Counted from the first letter of the stretch, positions 13,834 through 27,980 are shown. The stretch: 64,000 nucleotides of DNA from Eledone cirrhosa (GCA_964016885.1 OZ024751.1:13640001-13704000), one strand, 5' to 3'. Notes: generated from the sequence alone by a model not told the origin. Translations and numbers: made by a program.

Positions 13834-14440
13834 CCGCAGAGCCGTTGGAACGTCGGGTAAAATGGCAGAGTCGTTAGAACGTCGGATAGAGTGGCAGAGT
13901 CGTTAGAACGTCGGATAGAATGGCAGAGTCGTGAGAACGTCAGATAGAATGGCGGAGTCGTTAGAACGTCGGATAGGATGGCGGAGTCGTTAGAACGTTG
14001 GATAGAATGGCAGAGTCGTGAGAACGTCGGATAGGATGGTGGAGTCGTTAGAACGTCGGATAGAATGGCAGAGTCGTTAGAACGTCGGATAGAATGGCAG
14101 AGACGTTAGAACGTCAGATAGAATGGCAGAGACGTTAGAACGTCGGATAGAATGGCAGAGTCGTTAGAACGTCAGATAGAATGGCAGAGACGTTAGAAGG
14201 TCAGATAGAATGGCAGAGTCGTTAGAACGTCGGATAGAATGGCAGAGTCGTTAGAACGTCAGATAGAATGGCAGAGACGTTAGAAGGTCAGATAGAATGG
14301 CAGAGTCGTTAGAAGGTCGGGTAAAATGATTTATGGTATTCGTTCCGTCTTTCTGAGTTCAAATCCCGCCGAGGTCAACTCTGCCTTTCATCCTTTCGAG
14401 GGCGATAAAAAAAGTACCAGTCTAGTACTGGGGTCGATTC
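13834..14440 (+). mobile_element. tRNA-derived SINE with about 17 tandem copies of a 29-bp A-box segment
   Basis: Unit tggcagagtcgttagaacgtcggatagaa from 13834 to 14326, then B box gagttcaaatcc (14355) and SINE body. Confidence 0.88.
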
Positions 14441-14594
14441 TTCCTCTATATCTCTTTCTCATTTCCTCTCATGTTCTATCTTTCTCTGCTGTACTGAGGC
14501 CAGGGGAGGGATGGGCTCCACCAGGTTTAAAATGCCCAAGAAACGCCGTATGTTAATACGGCGTCCCTACGACTCTATCAGTAGTTACGGGGTC

Positions 14595-14699
14595 CATACA
14601 TACATACATACATACATACATACATACATACATACATACATACATACATACATACATACATACATACATACATACATACATACATACATACATACATAC
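14595..14699. repeat. (CATA)n
   Basis: Directly visible. Confidence 0.97.
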
Positions 14700-14816
14700 T
14701 CATCACCATCGGCACAGAGTTGGCTACCCGCAGGTGTGAGCCACGCGAGCTGGAATGTCTCTTCCGGTGCGTGCCCTCACCATCCTGTGGGTAAACGCCT
14801 TTTATATTCTGTCTGC

Positions 14817-15230
14817 CCGGGGCTGCGGGACAACCAGCGCCGGGGCTGCGGGACAACCAGCGCCGGGGCTGCGGGACAACCAGCGCCGGGGCTGCGGGAC
14901 AACCAGCGCCGGGGCTGCGGGACAACCAGCGCCGGGGCTGCGGGACAACCAGCGCCGGGGCTGCGGGACAACCAGCGCCGGGGCTGCGGGACAACCAGCG
15001 CCGGGGCTGCGGGACAACCAGCGCCGGGGCTGCGGGACAACCAGCGCCGGGGCTGCGGGACAACCAGCGCCGGGGCTGCGGGACAACCAGCGCCGGGGCT
15101 GCGGGACAACCAGCGCCGGGGCTGCGGGACAACCAGCGCCGGGGCTGCGGGACAACCAGCGCCGGGGCTGCGGGACAACCAGCGCCGGGGCTGCGGGACA
15201 ACCAGCGCCGGGGCTGCGGGACAACCAGCG
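14817..15230. repeat. Perfect GC-rich 23-bp minisatellite x18 (ccggggctgcgggacaaccagcg)
   Basis: 414 bp = 18 x 23, no visible mismatches. Confidence 0.95.
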
Positions 15231-15969
15231 CGTGGGCAACTATTTGTTAGCTAATAATAGTGACAGATAGCGAGAGTGGGAGAGACGGAAGTAGTGTCAA
15301 TGGGAGTTTGGTTCCTTTGTGTTCGGACACTACTTATAGTACAGGGGCGGTGGAACTGAGTGGGAAGCACATGGGGGGGGGGGACACGCCTCCACACTCA
15401 ATTATATTTTCTCCCCAAAATACCCAAAAAACATCTATTTGTATATGTGCTACAATTTATGTACATGTTATGTTTATCATATATCGAGGGTTTTATATAT
15501 TTTGGTTGATATTTGATTAATAAAAGCTAAACTAATCACTACAACTAAATTAACAAAATCCCTCCCCTCATTCAGAAATGCTTCCACAGCACCCGTAGCA
15601 GTAGTAGTATTATTAGTGACCCTGTAATATGAACAGAGGGCGCTGGAAAAGTTATGTACCATCATATAGAGATGTAGCATACACACATAATCTGGCAATG
15701 GAAGAAGACAGAGAGACATCTCAACGAAACAGGATTGCTAGCATATAACGTGACACGCCAGTAAGATGGCGCCGTAGTAACATACATTGTGTCTTGATCA
15801 TTTTAAATCTAACAGATTCCTACCGCTCTTCGGATCGGAACACAACCAATTTCTTCCAGAGAAGGATAGAATGTGAGAGAGAGGAAGTGAGAAAGAAGAG
15901 ATATAAAAGAAAACTCGACCCCTGTAGTGAACATGTACATTTGAACATGTACATTTGAATTGACTTTGA

Positions 15970-16435
15970 CAGAACGAAAGGCAAAGTTGGCCTCGGTGAG
16001 TTTTGAACCCAAAAGAGAGAGAACCGGAATAAATATCGCAAAATATTCTATCCGACCTAACAATTCTGCTAATTCATCGCTAATATACTGAGTAAATTCC
16101 TCAGAAATTATTGGTTAATTAAATGAAATACAATATATTTAATTAGAAATACTGTCGCGAAAAAGTTCATGAGCTGCTTATAATTTCTTTACACAAAACT
16201 AGAAAGTGAGAGAAAGGGGGTGAGAAAGGATAAAATGCAAAGTTGACCTCGGCAGGATGGGAACTCAGGGAGCCGGAACAAATACCACAAAGCACTCTCT
16301 CTAATCGACGTCCTAACAACTCTGTCAATTCGTCGCCAATATGCTGAGTAAATCACCCAAAGATTCTTCGTTAATTTCATGAAATACTAAGTTTTTCATT
16401 AGAAACACTGTCGCTAAAAATTTAAAGAGCTGCTT
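15970..16435 (-). mobile_element. Two degenerate SINE heads within a local tandem duplication
   Basis: gcaaagttg(g/a)cctcgg bodies and duplicated flank agaaa(t/c)actgtcgc...gagctgctt. Confidence 0.65.
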
Positions 16436-16599
16436 GTGTGTGTGTGTATATATATATATGTGTGTATATATATATGTGTGTATATATATATATATACATA
16501 GAGAAGCTTTCGCTGTATTTTGACTACAGAACATTAGCCTGATAGTGGGGTTTTAAAGCCCTCTCATTGAAAAAGGATGAGTATTGACGTACATGTAGG

Positions 16600-16888
16600 C
16601 TACTTCTCCGAATTGAGGGATCACAGCCCCGAAACTATGGACATATGGTTAGAATGTCGCAGGAAAGAATCGCTGGACAGAATTTACGGGCAAAATCAAC
16701 CGGCAGGAGACCCAGGGGTAGACTCCGAGTAAGATGGTTGGATAACATCCATGAGCTTGGCTGGTCTCGCTTGGAGATCCAGCAGGATCAGTTGGAGATG
16801 GTTGCTTCTGACAGGACCTGTTGGAAGGAGTGTTTGGGGACTCTGCCCCCAACGACCCTCTCAGGAATAATGGGCGAAGACGACGTCA
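16600..16888 (+). mobile_element. 3' fragment of an RTE-like LINE (separate family)
   Basis: GHMVRM...GRRPRGRLRVRWLD...ASDRTCWK C-terminal signature. Confidence 0.8.
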
Positions 16889-16896
16889 TATGTATT

Positions 16897-16945
<49 letters not shown>

Positions 16946-17042
16946 ACATACGTAAACATATACATACACATACACACACATTTATATTTTTGTACATATG
17001 TATGTGTGTATGCATGTGTTTGCATATGTGTATGTACGTATC

Positions 17043-17094
<52 letters not shown>

Positions 17095-17120
17095 GTTCAA
17101 GAGTAACCAATCTTATAGAG

Positions 17121-17229
17121 GGGATGGAGATAGGAGAGGAGAGAGATGGAGATAGGAGAGGAGAGAGATGGGGAGAGGAGAGAGATGGAGATAGGAGAGG
17201 AGAGAGATGGAGATAGGAGAGGAGAGATT
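17121..17229. repeat. 22-bp purine-rich tandem repeat, about 5 copies
   Basis: gatggagataggagaggagaga. Confidence 0.85.
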
Positions 17230-17387
17230 GGTGAATTAGTTAGAAGCCAAAGCGTAAAGGCATGTAATTATTATTAATATTATTATTATTATTCTCTACA
17301 TTTCTTACATCAAACTAAAATATGTTGACAATCTTTTAATACTGTCTTCCTTGTGAAATTTGTGGTCTTGTTTTGCTTAACTAATGA

Positions 17388-17417
<30 letters not shown>

Positions 17418-17421
<4 letters not shown>

Positions 17422-17660
17422 TCATCATCGTTTAACGTCCATCTTCCACGCTAGCATGGGTCTGGACGGGAATTGTCCCACTTGAGGCAAGATTGGTTGT
17501 CTTGCTCAGGACTGTCTGGCGGGTTTTCTACGGCTGGATGCCCTTCCTAACACCAACCACGTTTACAGTGTGGACTGGGAGGTTTTTACCGTGTTACCTA
17601 CACGGCCAAATTACAGCGTGGACTGTGTTTTTTTGTCGTGACACCTACACGACCTCATTT
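17418..17660. mobile_element. Interspersed SINE-like repeat anchored in (ATC)n
   Basis: cgtttaacgtccatcttccacgctagcatggg...tttctacggctggatgcccttcctaacac; copies at 30690-30860, 35875-35925 (inverted), 39150-39200. Confidence 0.7.
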
Positions 17661-17785
17661 ATTTAGGACTGGATGTTGTGGTACCAACATATTTTTACAT
17701 CGAAAGGGGTGGTGTAGATGGTGGTGGGATAGGGGTAGTGGGACGGTGGGGTGGGTGTATTTTGGTTAAGAGGTGCCTACTGACT

Positions 17786-17846
<61 letters not shown>

Positions 17847-18997
17847 TATATACACACACACTTATGCACAAACACATAATATGTACATATATAAATTTAT
17901 ATATAAACACACACATTGTACATATATATATCATATATATATGTGTGTGTGTATGTGTGTGTACATACATACACATACGTATCTATATATACACATATAC
18001 AGGCGGATAATTTAGTAGGTTAGTTACAAGTAATTGACACACAACCTTCTCTAATTAAGCAGTGGTGTGGTGGTGTACTGGTAGTGGTGTACTGGTGGAA
18101 GTGGTGGTGGTGGAGGTGGTGGTGTAGTGGTGGTGTAGTGATGGAAGTGGTGGTGGTGCCGGTGATGTTAACGATAACAAGGGGAGGGGGCTGATGTTGG
18201 CAATGATGTTGGCAGTGGAGGCGATAGTAATGAAGGTAGGTGGTGCTGGTGGTCATAGTAGTATTAGTAGTAGTGGTGGTGCTGGTAGTAGTAGTAAATT
18301 TGGTGGTGGTGGAGATGGTAGGTTGATGTTGAGCTGTTGTTGTTAGTGGTGGTGGTGAGGGAAAGAGAAGTAGCTAGCTATGGTAAGCTTTCTTAATTAA
18401 ACATAATTTCATTCGATTACTTTACGAAGACTAAATAATTACCAATTCCAACAGTTTGACTGTTGGTCTAAGGGAGGGGGTGGACAGGGGAAAGGAGGGG
18501 GATGAATAAAGGTTTGGAGGTGGGGGCTAAGTCATAAATTATGGTGACACATACTAACTTTGACCTATACTGTAACAGGTCAACTGAATTTTAGATAATG
18601 TTCGCGCGCACACACACACACACACAAATAGAGAGAGACACACACATACATACACACAAATACAGACACACACACATTTAGCTATACGTTTACATGAATT
18701 CATACGCTCATGCATGCTTTTATATCTAAGTAAACGCATGTGTGCACTTACTAATACACAAACATGTATTTAAATACGTGTGTGTGTGTGTGTCTGTGTG
18801 TGTCTGTGTGTGTGTCTGTGTGTGTCTGTGTGCGTCTGTGTGTGTCTGTGTGTGCGTCTCGGGTTTATTCGGGGGTAACCACAGCAAGTAAGGTACTCAA
18901 TACAGTGTATAAATATTTAATGTAGAATTGGCTTCTACAAGACTAGAACTGTTTCATTCGAAGGAAATCACTGGAAAGTCCTAGTCCTGTAGAAGTC

Positions 18998-19055
<58 letters not shown>

Positions 19056-19427
19056 TTCAATTGAATAAAGTTGGTTGATAAAAAATCTGCCTACTTGTTC
19101 TTAAACAGACGTGGAGCGCTCCACGGTGTTTGTTCCTTAGTATTATCTCCGAAACAATGTCCGGAGTTTTAGTATAATAAATAAGAGAGACGGTTTTATT
19201 CATACATCTTTATTTTATTCCTATAAAATAATAAGGATGTACGAATAAAACCGCTTTTCTTATTCATTATATATATATAGGGAAGTCTGCGTGCGGTCAT
19301 CCTGTAACAACGTATTTGGATATGCAATATGCTGACACGGGAAGAAATTTCACGGAGTGATAATGCGAGATCGAGACAAGTGGAATGAGTTCTGTTCATT
19401 GGGTCGAGGAAACTCGACTCGTGAGTG

Positions 19428-19468
<41 letters not shown>

Positions 19469-21281
19469 AAAATGAGGTTTCTTTTTACAAAATGAAAAAA
19501 AGGAGATGTCTTACACGAGTAAAAGTATAGGGAAAAAAGAAGAAATCGAAAATGCAACTTGAGTCTTTTTAAAAAAAATTTATATTTATTTGGTTCCTTT
19601 ACCGATTTCGCAGTTCTTGTGCTTTTCAAAAGTAGAATTGAGATGGAGGGTTTGTGGTTTTTCTCGCATCTGGTTGGTGTTCGAATGTTACTTCTGTTTT
19701 ATATGGAAAAAAGTGGTTCGAAATGCTAGGTTTTTAGAAAAGTAATTTGGTGGGTTGATGACTGTCATGTGAATAAGTATAATAAATTTCGCGCCAGTTC
19801 GCGTTACAAAGTTCTTATTATATTTGCCTTTAAAAAAAAGGGGGGGGGGCGTGCTCAGGTTTTTTTTTTCATATATGAGTGAAATTTGGTTGGTTGATGC
19901 AGTCACGTGAACAAGCACATCAACTTTCACGCCAGTTTGTGTTTGAATTTCTTTTTACTTAAAAAAAGTGGCTAGAGAAAGAGAGAGTGAAAGAGAGAGA
20001 GGGAAAGAGAGAGAGGGAAAGAGAGAGAGGGAAAGAGAGAGAGAGAGAGAAAGAGAAATATAGAGAGAAAGAGAGAGAGAATCCCGACCGCGACAACAAC
20101 TCAATACACACCTCTGCATTGAGTACTCCCATGATTAGTTGTCTTCTTGGACTCAGCACCGCAGTCAATCTCGCGTGCGTGCGTGCGTGCGTGCGTGTGT
20201 GTAAAAACGGTAGACAGAAATAACACAATCAGTACAGTATATGGAAGGAATATATTAGTTTAACGCTTGAAATAGCAGGAAGAGGGTCTTAACGTTTCGT
20301 TGTTATAGTTCAATACTAAATTTCTTCAATCATTTCTCAGATTGTAATATATACACACCTCCCTCTATTAACAAAGTAGCTTGATCGAGTTTTTTTTCCC
20401 CCATTTGTATTTTTTCCTCAGGTTCTTGTTGAAACACGTGTAAGATAAAATAAAACATCTTAATTTTGTTCATGGTGGATCTCCTCCATCTATTACTATC
20501 GATATACATATGCAAACATGTCCACACAAAAACTATTAGCGAACGAGAACCCTTCATGTCGTTGTGAGTGCTAAAATTCCTCTGTTGATACCATGTGCGT
20601 TTAGCCACTTTCAACGCTGCATTGAGTGAGATTAGATGATTTTGAAATTCCCTCACTGATGATCCGTTTCAAAATATCTAATTTCGCCGTTACTTGGTGA
20701 AATGTATTCTGATTTTATGGAGAATACATATGAGGGAAATATATTTGATCGTTGTCAGGTATTTTGTTTATTGAATTTAATAAGATGCTCAATGAATTAT
20801 ATAGTCTTACTTTCAGTGTGGATTGTCTCTGGTTCTATGTTTTGGTGTCTCTTAGTGCACACTTAACTGTGTATGAATATATTTCAATCATTACTTTCTT
20901 ATAATGATTAAGGCTCGATTTTATTCTCTGAATTCTATCTTGAGCTGTTTTTAGAGACAAGACATAGGTTTGATTTTGTATCATTCATGACACTATTTAC
21001 TTTGAAAGTAATAATAATATATATATATATAACTATATATCACGATAAACTTGGGTTACAAGTGTAGGAGTTCGAGCTCAGCATATATATATGTGTGTAT
21101 ATAATAAACCAGTTGGCTAATCAAATAACTAATTAAGTATCAAAGTTCTTTCGTCACAGACTGTAACCTTATCAATGACTAACCTTCAGTCTACTTTTCG
21201 CTTTATTATGGATTTACGAAAACTGTCAATATAGATTTTGAAAATCTTTAAATATATCTTTCTCTTAACTGTAACAAGTTA

Positions 21282-21318
<37 letters not shown>

Positions 21319-21320
<2 letters not shown>

Positions 21321-21760
21321 GGTTCTATGGGATTTTAGGATACAGACGGACAAGAAATTAGAACACAATAGGCCTGACCTGGTGGTTTTGGACAAGGAAA
21401 ACAGATCGTGCCTGATTGTGGATGTAGCCTGCCCATTCGACACGAGAGTGCAAGAGAAGGAGAGGGAGAAAATTAACCGATACCAGGACTTAATGTGGGA
21501 GGTAAAAAGGATTTGGAACTGCCATGAAGTCAAAGTGGTCCCGATTGTCATAGGTGCACTAGGTACTATCTCAAAGAGTTTCCAAGGATGGTTAAAGAAA
21601 ATTGGTCCAGTCCCGCTTTTTGGAACACTTCCAAAAGCATGCTTGCTGGGAACAGCAAGAACCCTCCGATACGTCCTGAATATCTGAGGCTGCAGGTAGC
21701 GACTTGATATTCATTTCAACAAACTTTCCAGTTAAATAACATCAATGACTGAGACTCAAA
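21319..21760 (+). mobile_element. 5'-truncated R4/Dong-like non-LTR element, restriction-like endonuclease domain, inserted in (TAA)n
   Basis: KVLWDFRIQTD...HNRPDLVV...IVDVACP...KINRYQDL...VVPIVIGALG...ACLLGTA, stop at 21687; (TAA)n on both sides. Confidence 0.88.
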
Positions 21761-21995
21761 GAATAATAACAACAATAATAATAATAATAATAATAACAAC
21801 AACAACCTACTAAATGAACATCTCATGTCTTAGCACAGAAACACTGACCTTTAATGAGAAGGTGGAGAGGGGGGGTGTCTGGTTTGACCTTTTAGTTTTT
21901 TGGAAGACATTCATTCATTCATTAACAATTATAATGTATTCATAATTATTCATGTCACTAGTAATTCGGTATCAAAGTTGTGTGTGTGCGTGTGT

Positions 21996-22074
<79 letters not shown>

Positions 22075-22211
22075 CAGGGTGTCCCCCCAAAATGTATTCA
22101 CACTTCAACAGCATTCTAATAAATATTGACTGTACAGGTAATCAAAGTGTGTATCCATTTTTTGGGACACCCTGTGTGTGTGTGTATATCTATCTATCTA
22201 TCTATCTATCG

Positions 22212-22257
<46 letters not shown>

Positions 22258-22534
22258 TTATCTATCTATATATATATATATATATATATATGTGGGGGGT
22301 GTATTTGTCTATGTTAATTTGTTTTAGTGGTGGCATAACGTTATATTAATGAGGGAGAGAGAGACAGACAGAGGGAGAGAGAGACAGACAGAGGGAGAGA
22401 GAGACAGACAGAGAAACCTGAACTCTCCAGATACAATATCTTACAATATGTCAAACTTAAGCTAAAAACCAATATTCTCACACAATGAATCAATTTGACG
22501 TATTGTAACTTCATCTATTTAAACCATTATTATT

Positions 22535-23110
22535 AGAGGTTTACTTTGCCTTTCATCCTTACGGGGTCGATAAAATAAAGTACCATTAATGCACTGGGTA
22601 TTTGCTGGCCTTGTGCCTAAAGTAGAAACAATTATTATTATTTTAGCAGTATCGGTAGAGCGTCAGACGCCATGCTTTGCAGCATAGGAGTCATGGCCCT
22701 TTATGTTCTGAGTTCAAATCCTGCCGAGGTTAACTTTGCCTTTCATCCTTACGGGGTCGATAAATTAAAGTACCAGTAATGTACTGGGGTAATTGCTGGC
22801 CTTGTGCCACACAGAAACATTATTATTACATTCTAAGTTTCAATCCCGCCAAGGTTAGCTTTGTCTTTCATCCCTACAGGGTAGATAAAATAAAGTACCA
22901 GTAATGCACCGGGGTCATTTTAATCGGCTTCCCGCTCCCCCAAAATTGTTGGCCTTGTGCCTAAATCAGAAACCATCATTATTAACAAAGTCGTTAGAGC
23001 GTCGGAGTAATGCTTAGCAGCAGTTACGTGCCTTTACGTTCTGAGTTCAAATCCCACAAAGGTCAACTTTAACATTTTGCCCTTCCGCTTGTGCCTAAAA
23101 TAGAAATTAT
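22535..23110 (+). mobile_element. Head-to-tail cluster of four tRNA-derived SINE copies
   Basis: Repeated gagttcaaatcc B boxes, ttgcctttcatcc bodies and tgtgcc...agaaac tails. Confidence 0.85.
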
Positions 23111-23891
23111 AATTTGTTATCAATCAATATCACTAATTGTCTAGCTTGACACCCAAGCTCATAAGACCTGACCAGGTGTGAAATTTACCCCCCCCCCTCC
23201 ATTCCCCCCATCAATTATATATTGGTGGATATCTATTTATATAACGATGATGGAATGGTATGAAAGCACTCAACGTGAGGCAGCTCAATCATCTTTGAGT
23301 GCAAGATTCTGTTGGTGGGTGCGTGTTAAACATTGAATAAAGCCTCCTGTCGCTTTATTCTATATATATATATTTATATATATGAGGATATTTCGATTCC
23401 AAAGTCAGGTTGAATCAATAATAGATCGTCCCTCGAGCTGATCGACAGTGAAACATATGTAATATTAACATATTACATATGTTTCACTGTCGATCACATG
23501 ATGCAACACTGATTCTTTGTTCCTTTATTCTAATACTATTCATACTGTGCTCGGCAAGAGCATACTGTGCTCGGCAAGAGCATCGAGTGCTCACCTGATA
23601 TACTGTCTACGGACGCAATTAACTTGCACGTCAACACCTATATATATATATATATGAAAGTATGTGTTAGTTTATCACTGATACTAGTGTATGCAGAGTA
23701 AAGCACTCGACGAAGTAAAAGTGAAAGGGAGAAAGAGTGGGGGTTGTATATATATCAGGATAGAACCAGTTTAAAACTAATTAGACCATGACCCAACAGA
23801 GTACTTGATACTTGAGGTAGTATGGCTATCTTAAAGAGAGTCGGGGACACGACGGTTGAGCTCTAGCCGTTGGGTCCTGACTCTTTAGATT

Positions 23892-24159
<268 letters not shown>

Positions 24160-24160
<1 letters not shown>

Positions 24161-24875
24161 TGTAAAGGAAGGGGTGAACAACCGAGCCAACACCAGAGCA
24201 AAAAAACAGCAACGTTGCGAGTACTGGGCAACCTCTCTAATGATTTTTGAGGCAAGCCAGCACACTCGCAGCGTTGCCTCAGGTGATGGCGAGGCTGATG
24301 CCCTGAAACAGCCAAGCGCCCTCGCTAGATTCGCCAGTTACCTCTATTAAGCGAGCCGCCAGTGAAGAGAGGGACCTCGCAGTCAATGGCCCGACTCCTC
24401 CAAACGTCTCGAAAGCCACAGGCTGGAAAGTGTAGCTGGCCGACAGATCAGAGTATTTGAGGGTCTTACTCCGCTCGGCTGCGGAAGCTGTGACTCTCGT
24501 CCTAACCACAGCATCCAGGATGTGGGAAAGAGCAAAAGAATCACTAACAGTGACGTCCCAGACAAGGCACCTGCCTCTCGACCAGGGGCACAGGGTAAGA
24601 CCGTCAGGTCTTTTGCCGTCACTTCTGGGCAACCCAGATGGTTCCAAGACCGAGGGGATATTCGCCCGGGCCAAAGCTCTCTTCAGAATGAGGTTTAGCT
24701 CCGTGTGACGCGCGAAGCGGCCGGCATTCAGGCGGCAAGAAAGACCGTGGAGGCCTGTGGAGTCGAGGAGTTTGCCGCATCGGCACCTCAAACCCATGCA
24801 GACGTCAGCTCCCACTCTGAGGGCGATGGAGACACGTAGTTCGTCCAGGCTGAGTAGGCCATCAACGGCTGGCCA
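24160..24875 (-). mobile_element. 5'-truncated CRE-like non-LTR element (zinc knuckle plus restriction-like endonuclease)
   Basis: CRCG...HGLSC...RH...EPSGL.RSDGKRPDG...WDVTV...KY...FQPVAFETFG; 3' end abuts the (GA)n tract. Confidence 0.88.
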
Positions 24876-25387
24876 CACACATATATATATATATCGAAAT
24901 AGGAATAACATTAAAGGAAATGTTTGACGACGAATCATGAACTTGAATGGAATCAAATTAAATTTGATTAGTTCTAAAGTTTAGTTCATCGATTGATTAG
25001 TAACAGTTTGAAGGTAAAAAGAGCACAGCCTTTACACTGACGTCTGAAGAGTATCAACGTTAAAGATCGAAGGTTAAAAGTTTTACCTGTTCAGGTCAAA
25101 TTTGACTATCAAACCTAATTATCGCTTATGTAGGATAGAGAGATTTACTGGAAGGATATATATATATGTGTACGTGTGTGTATATATATATATATGTGTG
25201 TATATATATATATATATATGTGTGTGTATGTGTATATATAACTATATGCGTGTATGTGAATATATATGTGTGTGAATGTATGTGTGTATATATATATGTG
25301 TGTGTGTGTGTGTGATGTGTTGGATGAAATATGTAAATTTTGTGGTAGTGCATCGGCAGGGGGTGAATGGGTGTGTGGTCTTATCAG

Positions 25388-27400
25388 GGTGGTGGTGGTG
25401 GTAGAGTGGTGGTGGAGTGGTGGTGATGGTGGTAGAGTGGTGGTGGAGTGGTGGTGATGGTGGTAGAGTGGTGGTGGAGTGGTGGTGATGGTGGTAGAGT
25501 GGTGGTGGAGTGGTGGTGATGGTGGTAGAATGGTGGTGGTGGTAGAGTGGTGGTGGTGGAGTGGTGGTGATGGTGGTAGAGTGGTGGTGGAGTGGTGGTG
25601 ATGGTGGTAGAGTGGTGGTGGAGTGGTGGTGATGGTGGTAGAGTGGTGGTGGAGTGGTGGTGATGGTGGTAGAATGGTGGTGGTGGTAGAGTGGTGGTGG
25701 TAGAGTGGTGGTGGTAGAGAGATGGTGGTGGTAGAGTGGTGGTGGTAGAGTGGTGGTGGTAGAGAGATGGTGGTGGTAGAGTGGTGGTGGTAGAGTGGTG
25801 GTGGTAGAGTGGTGGTGGTAGAGAGATGGTGGTGGTAGAGTGGTGGTGGTAGAGTGGTGGTGGTAGAGAGATGGTGGTGGTAGAGTGGTGGTGGTAGAGT
25901 GGTGGTGGTAGAGTGGTGGTGGTAGAGTGGTGGTGGTAGAGTGGTGGTGGTAGAGAGATGGTGGTGGTAGAGTGGTGGTGGTAGAGTGGTGGTGGTAGAG
26001 TGGTGGTGGTAGAGAGATGGTGGTGGTAGAGTGGTGGTGGTAGAGTGGTGGTGGTGGTGGTGATGATAAAGGTTTTGGCGGGGAAGGAGGTTGATTAGCG
26101 AGTGTGATGATCGATGTCGATATTTATGGTGGTGGGGGTGATGGTGATGAAGGGGGTGGTGGAGGTGAATAGGGTGGTGGTGGAGGTGAATAGGGTGGTG
26201 GTGGTGGTGGTGGTGGTGGTGGTGGTGATGGTGGTGGTGGTGATGGTGGTGGTGGTGATGGTGGTGGTGGTTGTGAAGGTGGTGGTGGTGGTGGTGGTGA
26301 TGGTGGTGGTGGTGGTGGTGGTGAAGGTGGTGGTGGTGGTGGTGATGGTGGTGGTGATGGTGGTGGTGGTGATGGTGGTGGTGGTGGTGGTGGTGGTGGT
26401 GATGGTGGTGGTGGTGGTGGTGGTGGTGGTGGTGGTGGTGGTGGTGATGGTGGTGGTGATGAAGGTGGTGGTGGTGATGAAGGTGGTGGTGGTGATGAAG
26501 GTGGTGGTGGTGATGATGATGATGATGGTGGTGGTGATGGTGGTGGTGATGGTGATGAAGGTGGTGGAGGTGATGAAGATGGTGGTGGAGGTGGTGGTGG
26601 CTGTGGTGGTGGTGGCGGTGGTGGCTGTGGCGGTGGTGGCTGTGGTGGTGGTGGCTGTGGTGGTGGTGGCTGTGGTGGTGGTGGCTGTGGTGGTGGTGGC
26701 TGTGGTGGTGGTGGCTGTGGTGGTGGTGGCTGTGGTGATAGTGGTGCTAGTGATGGTAGTGGCTGTGATGGTGGTGGTGGTGGTGGCTGTGGTGGTGGTG
26801 GCTGTGGTGGTAGTGGCTGTGGTGGCTGTGGTGATAGTGGTGCTAGTGATGGTAGTGGCTGTGATGGTGGTGGTGGTGGTGGCTGTGGTGGTGGTGGCTG
26901 TGGTGGTAGTGGCTGTGGTGGCTGTGGTGATAGTGGTGCTAGTGATGGTAGTGGCTGTGATGGTGGTCGTTGTGATGGTGGTGCTGGTGGCTGTGGTGGT
27001 GGTGGTGGTGATTGTGATGGTGGTGATTGTGATGGTGGTGGTGTCTGTGATGGTAGTGGTCATGGCTGTGATGGGGGGTGATGGGGGGCTGTGATGGGGG
27101 GGGTCATGATGGGGGGTGGCCGTGATGGGGGGGGGGGGCTGTGATGGTGGGTGGTGGCCGTGATGGTGGGTGGTGGCCGTGATGGTGGGTGGTGGCTGTG
27201 ATGGTGGGTGGTGGCTGTGATGGTGGGTGGTGGCTGTTTTGGTGGGTGGTGGCTGTTTTGGTGGGTGGGTGGCTGTGATAGGGGATGGGTGGCTGTGATG
27301 GGGGATGGGTGGCTGTGATGGGGGGGGGGGCTGTGATGGGGGGGGGGTTACTGTGATGGTGGTGATTGTGATGGAGGTGGCTGTGATGGAGGTGATGGTC
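25388..27400. repeat. (GGT)n-derived compound micro/minisatellite
   Basis: Directly visible; poly-T and poly-V ORFs are artefacts. Confidence 0.95.
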
Positions 27401-27980
27401 GCGATTAGTCTAGGAGTAGAGTAGAGGAATGAAGTAGACTTGTTTGAGACAGTCCATTAAGTTTGATTAATGTAGGTGTGGGTCGTGGTGGAAGACTGTG
27501 CCAAGAAATCATATCCATCAATACTTCTGTGTATATATATATATTGTGTATACATACATACATCAATATATATATATATATATGTGTGTGTGTACACATA
27601 CGTGCATACATATGTAATGATATCCTCCACCTCTTTTGCCTCTATCTGTTGTCAGACATAATCGGCGCATAATTTCTTTCCTATGTCGTTCTAGTGAAAA
27701 TAATTTCCTGAGTAAATATATTTCGCTAATGGGATCTAATAAAATCGAAACATGACCATTTCAATTTCGGCTTCACCTTTTGTTAATTCACACACTGCAT
27801 GTATATATATATATTTATATATATATATATATATATTGAAAGGATAACAACGACGATTGGTTACTCCTTCATTACATTTATTGGTAGGTGACGCGCGTTT
27901 CGCGTAAGAGGTGTGAGTGTTTAATGATATGCATAGCAGTCTGTATCCAGAGAGAGTTTACCTTGTAGAGTTATATATAT

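Noticed and set aside
14511-15270. Repetitive protein ORFs
   Set aside because: Arise from the stop-free 23-bp GC array and (CATA)n
20330-20656. Possible GIY-YIG endonuclease remnant (GVY, YID words)
   Set aside because: Motifs are in the wrong order and spacing; cannot be supported
26095-27094. Mucin-like poly-Thr ORF
   Set aside because: Pure (GGT)n-derived tract with no signal peptide or splice evidence
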